Shown here: in pieces, positions 56,924-64,000 of the stretch
How positions within the stretch are numbered: position 1 is the stretch's first letter
Layout: the number at the start of each line of letters is the position of its first letter
Assembly (NCBI GenBank): GCA_963674755.2
Contig: CAXXVS010000002.1
Span: forward strand, 1,856,001 to 1,920,000
DNA: 64,000 nucleotides
Source: Desulfobacterales bacterium
GTDB taxonomy: Bacteria; Desulfobacterota; Desulfobacteria; Desulfobacterales; UBA5852
Reading direction: 5' to 3'
Translations under genes and position numbers: made by a program
Notes under the pieces: generated by a model
The model's input: the letters and a program-made list of their open reading frames with translations, nothing else
The model's database searches: none
What the model was told of the DNA's origin: nothing

Positions 56924-59668
56924 TCAGTCCGCCATCAGTTTGCGCAGAACGAAAGGCAGGATGCCGCCATGGCGGAAGTAATCGACTTCGACCTCCGAAT
57001 CCAGCCGCGCCAATACCTCGAAGGCGATTTCGCTGCCGTCTTTCTTCTTTGCCTTGACTTGCAGCATCTTGCGGGGCTGGATGTCTTCGATGCCGGTGAT
57101 GGTAATGGTTTCTTCACCGCTAAGCCCCAGCCCGGCGACACTGTCGCCCTCCTTGAACACCAGGGGCAGCACCCCCATGCCCACCAGGTTGCTACGATGG
57201 ATGCGCTCGAAAGACTGGGCGATGACGGCTTTCACGCCCAGCAGATTGGACCCCTTGGCAGCCCAGTCGCGGGAGGAGCCGGCGCCGTATTCCTTGCCGG
57301 CCAGAACCAGCAGCGGCGTGCCCTCTTCTTTATAGGCCATGGCGGCATCGTAGATGAAGCTTTCCTTGCCTGCCGGAAAAGCCTTGGTATAGCTGCCTTC
57401 CTTGCCTTCCACGAGCTGGTTCTTGAGACGGATATTGCCGAAGGTGCCCCGCATCATGACTTCGTGGTTGCCCCGGCGTGAGCCGTAGGAGTTGAACTGG
57501 GCCTTGGCGACCCCCTGGGATACGAGATACCGGCCGGCCGGGTAGTCTTCGGGGATGGCGCCCGCCGGGGAAATGTGGTCGGTGGTCACGGTATCCCCCA
57601 GGACCGCCAGCACCCGGGCGTCCGCGATGTCGGCCGTGGCTTCCGGTTCGCGGCTGAAGCCCTCGAAGTAGGGCGGATTCTTGATATAGGTCGACTGGTC
57701 GTCCCAGGCATAGGTCATGGACTTGACATCGGGCAGATCGGCCCAGAACTCGTCCCCGTCGAAAATGCGGCCGTATTCCACCTCGTAGAACTCCTCCTTG
57801 AGGTGGGCCTTGATCAGCGCTTCGATCTCCTCGTTGCCGGGCCAAATGTCCTCCAGGTAGACGGGCTCCCCGTTGGGATCCATTCCCACCGGCTCTATGG
57901 TCAGGTCCACGTCGATGTGACCGGCCAGGGCAAAGGCCACCACCAGCATGGGGGAGGCCAGGAAGTTGGACTTGATGCGCTGGTGGATGCGGGCTTCGAA
58001 GTTGCGGTTGCCGGAGAGCACCGAGGCCACATTGAGGTCGTTGTCCACCACGCATTTTTCGATAACCGGATCCAGCGGTCCGGAATTCCCGATGCAGGTG
58101 GTGCAGCCGAAGCCGGCCAGATGAAAGCCCAGCGCCTCCAGGTAGGGCATCAATCCGGCGTCCTCCAGGTACTGGATCACCACCTTGGAGCCGGGCGCCA
58201 GGGAGGTCTTCACATGGGTCGGCACCTTCAGGCCCCGGGCCACCGCATTTTTTGCCAAAAGCCCCGCTCCCAGCAGCACGAAGGGATTGGAGGTGTTCGT
58301 ACACGAGGTGATGGCGGCAATCACCACGCTGCCGTTGCGCAGCTGTGCCGGGGTGCCGTGCAGGTCGAGATCACAGCCCCCGTCCTGGATGGGCTTGCAC
58401 CTGGGCAGGCGCGAACTGCGGGTGCCGGATTCCTCGTGGAACTGGGAGATGCGGGCCATATCCGCATCGCGGCTGTATTCGCAGCCCAGGATGTCGGCGA
58501 ACTTGGATTTGAGGTTCGTTAAAACGATCCGATCCTGGGGCCGGGCCGGCCCCGATACACAGGGCTCCACCGAATCCAGATCCAGGGTCAGGACGTCGCT
58601 ATACTCGGCCGTGTCTTCACCGGTATAGAACAGCCCGTTGGCGCGGGTGTAAGCCTCCACCAGGGCGGCCTCCGCGCTGCGGTGGGTGGCGTTGAGATAG
58701 CCGATGGTCTTCTCGTCCACCGGAAAAATGCCCAGGGTGGCGCCGTATTCCGGCGTCATGTTGGAAATGGTGGCCCGATCCGGAATGGAAAGGTTCTTCA
58801 GGCCGGGACCGAAATACTCCACGAATTTTTCCACCACGCCATACTTCCGCAGCATCTCGGTGACCGTCAGCACAAGATCGGTGGCGGTCACCCCGGGGCG
58901 CAGGCGGCCGGTGAACTTGACGCCGATCACCGGGGGGATGGACATGTAGTAGGGTTGGCCCAGCATGACGGCTTCGGCCTCGATACCGCCCACCCCCCAG
59001 CCCATCACCCCTAAAGCGTCGATCATGGTGGTGTGGGAATCCAGCCCCACCAGGGTGTCGGGGAAGGCCAGCCATCCCTCCGAAGTCTCTTCCCCAATGA
59101 CCACGCGTCCCAGGTATTCCAGATTGACCTGGTGGCAGATGCCCGAACGGGGCGGCACCACCTTGAAGCTGTCGAAACTCTGCTGGGCCCACTTCAGGAA
59201 GGCATAGCGCTCGCCGTTGCGCTCGTATTCCTTGGCGACGTTGCGCACCACGGCGTTGTTCGTGCCGAAGTAATCCACCTGGACCGAGTGATCGACGATC
59301 AGCTCCACCGGCACCAAGGGGTTGATCTTGGCCGGGTCACCCCCCTGGGCGGCCATGGCATCGCGCATGGCCGCCAGATCCACCACGGCCGGCACGCCGG
59401 TAAAATCCTGCATGAGGACCCGGGCCGGATGATAGGGAATTTCCACCGGGGCGTCGTATTGCTTCTGCCACCCGGCAATCTGGCGCAGATCCTCCTCGGT
59501 CACCACCCGGCCGTCCATCTTGCGCAGCAGGTTCTCGGTCAGAATACGAATGGAAAAAGGCAGGCGCTCGATAGGGGCGATGCCCTCCGAAGCCAGCCGC
59601 ATAATGTCGTAATAGCGATAGCTGCGGCCGTTGACGTCCAACGTTCCCGTGAAGTCTTCTTTTCTCAT
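56924..59668 (-). CDS. acnA: Aconitate hydratase A
   Basis: RVLMQDFTGVP, DSHT, AAITSCTNTSNP, GCTTCIGNSG, SGNRNFE, GSSRDWAAKG. Confidence 0.97.
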   Translation of the reverse strand: MRKEDFTGTLDVNGRSYRYYDIMRLASEGIAPIERLPFSIRILTENLLRKMDGRVVTEEDLRQIAGWQKQYDAPVEIPYHPARVLMQDFTGVPAVVDLAAMRDAMAAQGGDPAKINPLVPVELIVDHSVQVDYFGTNNAVVRNVAKEYERNGERYAFLKWAQQSFDSFKVVPPRSGICHQVNLEYLGRVVIGEETSEGWLAFPDTLVGLDSHTTMIDALGVMGWGVGGIEAEAVMLGQPYYMSIPPVIGVKFTGRLRPGVTATDLVLTVTEMLRKYGVVEKFVEYFGPGLKNLSIPDRATISNMTPEYGATLGIFPVDEKTIGYLNATHRSAEAALVEAYTRANGLFYTGEDTAEYSDVLTLDLDSVEPCVSGPARPQDRIVLTNLKSKFADILGCEYSRDADMARISQFHEESGTRSSRLPRCKPIQDGGCDLDLHGTPAQLRNGSVVIAAITSCTNTSNPFVLLGAGLLAKNAVARGLKVPTHVKTSLAPGSKVVIQYLEDAGLMPYLEALGFHLAGFGCTTCIGNSGPLDPVIEKCVVDNDLNVASVLSGNRNFEARIHQRIKSNFLASPMLVVAFALAGHIDVDLTIEPVGMDPNGEPVYLEDIWPGNEEIEALIKAHLKEEFYEVEYGRIFDGDEFWADLPDVKSMTYAWDDQSTYIKNPPYFEGFSREPEATADIADARVLAVLGDTVTTDHISPAGAIPEDYPAGRYLVSQGVAKAQFNSYGSRRGNHEVMMRGTFGNIRLKNQLVEGKEGSYTKAFPAGKESFIYDAAMAYKEEGTPLLVLAGKEYGAGSSRDWAAKGSNLLGVKAVIAQSFERIHRSNLVGMGVLPLVFKEGDSVAGLGLSGEETITITGIEDIQPRKMLQVKAKKKDGSEIAFEVLARLDSEVEVDYFRHGGILPFVLRKLMAD

Positions 59669-59706
59669 GGCTCCCTCGTCCTTGGTTGGTTGCGGTTGCG
59701 TATTTT

Positions 59707-60034
59707 GATGGAATCGTAAAACGTCGTCCAGCCCTCCCTCCCGCGCAGGCGGCTTGAATACGATTTTTGACGTTTGGTTTTCTGGTTCCCCTTTGTCCCG
59801 CGCCGAGCATCGGCGGGGCGGACGAATTAAAGCGCGCGGACTGTCTGAGTCCCGCCGCAGCCAAAGCGAAGGCGGGGCGAGTTTCCGCGTGCTCCGGCCG
59901 CCGCGACGACGCGCAGGGTCAAGCGGGACACGGGCGTTTTCTTTTGCTTCCGTTTTCTTTCACGCGAAAGAAAATGAAGCAGGCGCTTTTTGAGAAAGCA
60001 CCCCGGATCAGTAAAGGCTTTCCGGATCCTCATC
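59707..60034. repeat. Structured MITE/REP-like intergenic element
   Basis: Left end GATGGAATCGTAAAACGTC matches the IS TIR at 35524 at 17/19 positions; multiple internal hairpins. Confidence 0.55.
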
Positions 60035-60071
60035 AACCATACGTCCCTCGGCATTGATGGCGGAGAGGAGC

Positions 60072-61301
60072 TTAGTCGTCCATATGGTCGACGGCGATTT
60101 CGGCGAACCGCGAGCAGGCCACCTCGGTGCTGCCCGGCATCTGGCGGGCCAGATCGTAGGTCACCTGTTTGGCCGTGATGGCGCCCATCACGCCTTTGCG
60201 GACAAGGCCCGCAGCCTCCTGCCAGCCCAGGTGCTCCAGCATCATGGCCCCCGAGAGAATCAGGGAGCCGGGATTGATTTTGTCCAGACCGGCATATTTG
60301 GGGGCCGTGCCGTGGGTGGCTTCGAAAACGGCATAGCCGTCGCCGATGTTGGCGCCCGGCGCCATGCCCAGCCCCCCGGCCATGGCCGCCAGGGCGTCGG
60401 AAATGTAGTCGCCGTTCAGGTTGGGCATGGCCAGGACGTCGTACTCGGCCGGCCGCAGCAGGATCTGCTGGAACATGGCGTCGGCAATGCGGTCCTTGAT
60501 CACGATGCGGCCCTCGGGCACCCGTCCGTCATATTGGGACCACAGGGCTTCTTCGGTCACAACCCGGTCGCCGAAGACTTCCTGGGCCACTTCATAGCCC
60601 CAGTTGCGGAAAGCCCCCTCGGTATATTTCATGATATTGCCCTTGTGCACGATAGTCACGCTGGGACGCTGGTGGTCCAGGGCGTATTGCACGGCCATCT
60701 TGACCAGGCGCCGGGTGCCGAAGCGACTCATGGGTTTGATGCCGATCCCGGAGCCCTCCCGAATCTGACGCCCTTCCTCCCGCTCGATGAAGTCGATCAG
60801 CTTCTTGGCCATGGGAGAGCCGGCCTCCCACTCGTAGCCGATATAGACATCTTCCGTGTTCTCCCGGAAGACCACCATATCCACATCTTCCGGCGCTTTC
60901 ATGGGGCTGGGGATCCCTGCGATATAGCGCACCGGCCGCACGCAGGCGTAGAGATCGAGCACCTGGCGCAGCTGCACGTTGACGCTGCGAATGCCGCCGC
61001 CGACGGGCGTGGTGAGGGGGCCTTTGATGGCCACCCGATAGGTGCGGATGGCGTCCAGAGTGTCCTCCGGCAGCCATTCGCCGGTCTCATTGAAGGCCTT
61101 CTCGCCGGCCAGCACTTCCCGCCAGGCAATGCCCCGTCCGCCGCCGTAAGCCTTTTCCACCGCGGCCTCCAGCACCAGACGGGTGGCCCGCCAGATGTCC
61201 GGCCCCGTACCGTCGCCTTCGATGAAAGGAATCGTGGGGTGTTCGGGCACGACGAGCTCGCCCTCCGCGGTCACTGTAATTTTCTGGTCGTTTGACGTCA
61301 T
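60072..61301 (-). CDS. icd: NADP-dependent isocitrate dehydrogenase (dimeric type)
   Basis: [58 protein letters not shown]. Confidence 0.97.
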   Translation of the reverse strand: MTSNDQKITVTAEGELVVPEHPTIPFIEGDGTGPDIWRATRLVLEAAVEKAYGGGRGIAWREVLAGEKAFNETGEWLPEDTLDAIRTYRVAIKGPLTTPVGGGIRSVNVQLRQVLDLYACVRPVRYIAGIPSPMKAPEDVDMVVFRENTEDVYIGYEWEAGSPMAKKLIDFIEREEGRQIREGSGIGIKPMSRFGTRRLVKMAVQYALDHQRPSVTIVHKGNIMKYTEGAFRNWGYEVAQEVFGDRVVTEEALWSQYDGRVPEGRIVIKDRIADAMFQQILLRPAEYDVLAMPNLNGDYISDALAAMAGGLGMAPGANIGDGYAVFEATHGTAPKYAGLDKINPGSLILSGAMMLEHLGWQEAAGLVRKGVMGAITAKQVTYDLARQMPGSTEVACSRFAEIAVDHMDD

Positions 61302-61558
61302 GGTATTCTCCATCCCGTGTTGAGGGTCGATTATCGTCATTCATTCCGCCGGCGCCAATGGGAACCGCCGTTAGCCGTTTTCACAATTAAACAGGAATCG
61401 GCCAAGTCTGCAAGTCGTGTCGCGTCATGCCGGAAGTATCGGGGAAAGATCCTGCGGTTCGAGCGAAGACGACTATATTGGGCTGCCACCGACCATAGGC
61501 TCCGCCTTGGACGGGCTTAGGCAGTGGTCCTGCCCCCCCTGCCCGTTCCATGCCGTCT

Positions 61559-62059
61559 TCATCCCAGGGGCCATGGCAGAACGATCAGGCCCTCGGGCCA
61601 GCTCATGCCCAAAACATGGGAGGCGACGGCCATAAAACCAAGGCCGGCCGCCCCGGCAATAAGGGATGCCAGCCAGCCGGCGCTGGCCATAAAACGATAG
61701 AAAAGGAAGATAAACAGGGTCAACGCCAGCGGATAGCCGATCAGGTAAATGCTGATGTAGACCCCGATAATAATGCCCACATAGACCAGAAAGGCCGCGT
61801 AGACCTCGGCCATGGGCATATCCCAATCCACGCTCAGGTCGGCCCCGCCCGCCGTGCCTGATCCGTCGCCGCTCCTGCGCACGCTGCGCACGATTTCCAT
61901 GACGATATGGACGGCCATCAGAACGAACAGCACGAAGCTGACATAAAACGGGAAGATTTTAGCCAGATAGCCGTAGCCGCGGGCCTCCCAGATCCCGTAG
62001 GCAAACCAGGCCAGGAGAAACAGGGAGAAGAGGTTTTTCATCGTCCACAGGCGTCTCAT
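61559..62059 (-). CDS. tctB: Tripartite tricarboxylate transporter small subunit
   Basis: Hydrophobic multi-helix protein overlapping position downstream of tctA; FP motif, C-terminal WPEG. Confidence 0.75.
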   Translation of the reverse strand: MRRLWTMKNLFSLFLLAWFAYGIWEARGYGYLAKIFPFYVSFVLFVLMAVHIVMEIVRSVRRSGDGSGTAGGADLSVDWDMPMAEVYAAFLVYVGIIIGVYISIYLIGYPLALTLFIFLFYRFMASAGWLASLIAGAAGLGFMAVASHVLGMSWPEGLIVLPWPLG

Positions 62060-62069
62060 GATTGTCTCC

Positions 62070-63557
62070 CTATTTTTGGGTCGCAGTGCGTCCGGCCGTC
62101 TTGAGCTTTTTCTGGTAGGCGATCGATGCCCACAGCGAGGCCACGATGATGACCGCCATGACGAGAACGCCGGGACGGGTCAGCCAGTCAAAGCCGTAAC
62201 GCTGCACGGAGATGAACAGGTACTGCTCCAGGTTGCCGGCCAGGACGAAGCCGATCAGGGCCGCCGGCCGCGGCCAACCGAACTGCTTCATGAACCAGCC
62301 CAGAATTCCCACCAGCAGAAGGGCGATCAAGTCACCCCAGCTGTAGCTGGCCTGGTAGGCGGCGAAGGTGATGATCAGGACCATGAAGGGAGCCAGGCGG
62401 CTGAAGGGCACCAGGGTCAGCTTGGTAATCGGTTTGGCCAGGAGCAGGGACAGGCCGGCGCCGAAGATGTTGGCCAAGGCCAGGCTCCAGATGGCGGTAT
62501 AGACGAGATCGAGATCCTCGGTCAGCATGGTGGGGCCCGGCTGAATGCCCAGGATCAGAAGGCCTCCCAGAAAAACCGCCATGGACCCGGAGCCGGGGAT
62601 GCCGAAAAGAAAGGTGGGGATCAGGCCGCCGCCCTCCTTGGCATTGTTGGCGCTTTCAGGGGCGATGACCCCGCGGATGTCCCCCTGGCCGAAACGCTCG
62701 CGGTCCTTGCTGGTCTGGATGACGTGGCCGTAAGCGATCCAATCCACCACCGAGCCCCCCAATCCCGGGATGAAGCCCACGATGACGCCGATGGTGGCAC
62801 AGCGCAGGACAATCCACTTGTGGCGCAGGGTGTCTTTAAGACCGTCGAGCCAGCCCCGGCCGAGTTCGGCCCTCTCCGAGATGGGCCGGCCCTTGATCAG
62901 CAGATCGATGATCTCGGGAAAGGCGAACAGCCCCAGGCCGACGATCACCAGGGAGACGCCGTCCATCAGGTAGTCGAACCCGAAAGTATAGCGGTATTCC
63001 GCAATAGCCGGGGCATCGCCCATGGCGCCCAGCATGAGCCCGATGCCCGCTCCGATGATGCCCTTGATGGGCTGGTTGCCCGAAAGCACCCCCACCATGG
63101 ACATACCCAGAAGGGCCAGCATGAAGAGTTCCGGGGAGCCGAAGGCCAGCACCAGGGGGCGGGCGATGGGAATAATGAGGGTCAGGACGAAGGCGCCGTA
63201 GAGCCCGCCGATTAAAGACGCCGTAAAGGCGGCGCCCAGCGCGCGGGCGGCTTCGCCCTTCCTGGCCAGGGGATAGCCGTCCATGATGGTGGCCTGGGAG
63301 GCCGACGACCCCGGAATGCCCATCATGACGGACGGGAAGGTGTCGGAGGTCGGGATGACCGCCACCATGCCGATCAGCAGGGCAAAAGCGTTGTGGATGT
63401 CCATGCCGTAGATCACCGGCAGGAGAATGGTCATGCCCACGATGCCCCCCAGGCCGGGCAGAATCCCGACGCCGAGCCCCAATACGACGCCTCCGATCAA
63501 ATAGATGAGATGCGCGGGCGTCAGCAATACGGCGAGTGCTTGAAAAAAGGCCTCCAT
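62070..63557 (-). CDS. tctA: Tripartite tricarboxylate transporter large subunit
   Basis: GILPGLGG, GIPG...TIMDGYPLA, APESANNA, GIQPGP. Confidence 0.93.
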   Translation of the reverse strand: MEAFFQALAVLLTPAHLIYLIGGVVLGLGVGILPGLGGIVGMTILLPVIYGMDIHNAFALLIGMVAVIPTSDTFPSVMMGIPGSSASQATIMDGYPLARKGEAARALGAAFTASLIGGLYGAFVLTLIIPIARPLVLAFGSPELFMLALLGMSMVGVLSGNQPIKGIIGAGIGLMLGAMGDAPAIAEYRYTFGFDYLMDGVSLVIVGLGLFAFPEIIDLLIKGRPISERAELGRGWLDGLKDTLRHKWIVLRCATIGVIVGFIPGLGGSVVDWIAYGHVIQTSKDRERFGQGDIRGVIAPESANNAKEGGGLIPTFLFGIPGSGSMAVFLGGLLILGIQPGPTMLTEDLDLVYTAIWSLALANIFGAGLSLLLAKPITKLTLVPFSRLAPFMVLIITFAAYQASYSWGDLIALLLVGILGWFMKQFGWPRPAALIGFVLAGNLEQYLFISVQRYGFDWLTRPGVLVMAVIIVASLWASIAYQKKLKTAGRTATQK

Positions 63558-63728
63558 GGACGCTCCTCAACTTCACAAATGCCGGCATGACCGGCTTTGA
63601 ATAAGGTTGCTCGGTCCCGGCGAACAGGGTCCGGGGGCAATTTGACGGATGCAACCGGGGGCGCTATCCGGATCCCGCCGGGCCGGGCGAAGGCCGGCCC
63701 GAGACAAAAGGCCGGCCGGATCGACACG

Positions 63729-64000
63729 CTATTTAACCTCGATGTCGTATTTGTCCTTGATCCATTTGACAACCCAGGCTTTATCTTCCTTGGAGACGTT
63801 GAGCACCTGGTCGAAGGCCTTGCGGGCTTTCTCACCGGCCATCTGCTGATAGCCCCCCAGGCTCTTTGCGACCACCGTCTGGAATTCCGGATCGGTCAGG
63901 ATCTTCTTGGCGGCCTCGCGGTAGGCGTCGATTACCTCGGGTTTGGTTTTTTCAGGCAGCCACATGGCCTTCTGGACTGCGAAGCCCGCGATCATGAAGG
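63729..64000 (-). CDS. tctC: Tripartite tricarboxylate transporter binding protein, C-terminal part (truncated by the window edge)
   Basis: WLPEKTKPEVIDAYREA...DPEF resembles the Bug/TctC C-terminus; upstream of tctA. Confidence 0.7.
   Translation of the reverse strand, partial: FMIAGFAVQKAMWLPEKTKPEVIDAYREAAKKILTDPEFQTVVAKSLGGYQQMAGEKARKAFDQVLNVSKEDKAWVVKWIKDKYDIEVK

Overview
GC-rich bacterial chromosome segment; the gene content (sigma-54 regulator, selB, 2-oxoglutarate:ferredoxin oxidoreductase, GEMM riboswitches) suggests a Desulfobacterota-like anaerobe (inference). 0.1-4.2 kb: xylR-xylA-xylB xylose operon. 4.3-21 kb: tandem-TetR-associated acyl-CoA/beta-oxidation cluster with a Liv-type ABC importer and a BKACE module. 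21-27 kb: sigma-54-controlled saccharopine-dehydrogenase-like gene plus a polar amino acid ABC importer. About 28-46 kb: decaying accessory region downstream of tRNA-His/tRNA-Arg. It holds three c-di-GMP-I riboswitches (two in front of lipoprotein genes), an antitoxin whose toxin has been deleted, RAYT/IS3/GxxExxY/integrase remnants, intact IS110, IS1182-like and IS21 elements with traceable ends, a low-GC cassette with two paralogous unannotated ~50-aa proteins next to an IS-split HTH-like gene, and a 2-kb tRNA-Arg-integrated mini-island carrying a nucleotidyltransferase gene pair. 46.6-64 kb: housekeeping genes (selB, DUF2333, a degenerate histidine kinase, hemW, korDABG, acnA, icd, tctCAB) and a 141-bp MITE-derived tandem repeat. 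All family assignments come from motif recognition by eye; no database searches were run.
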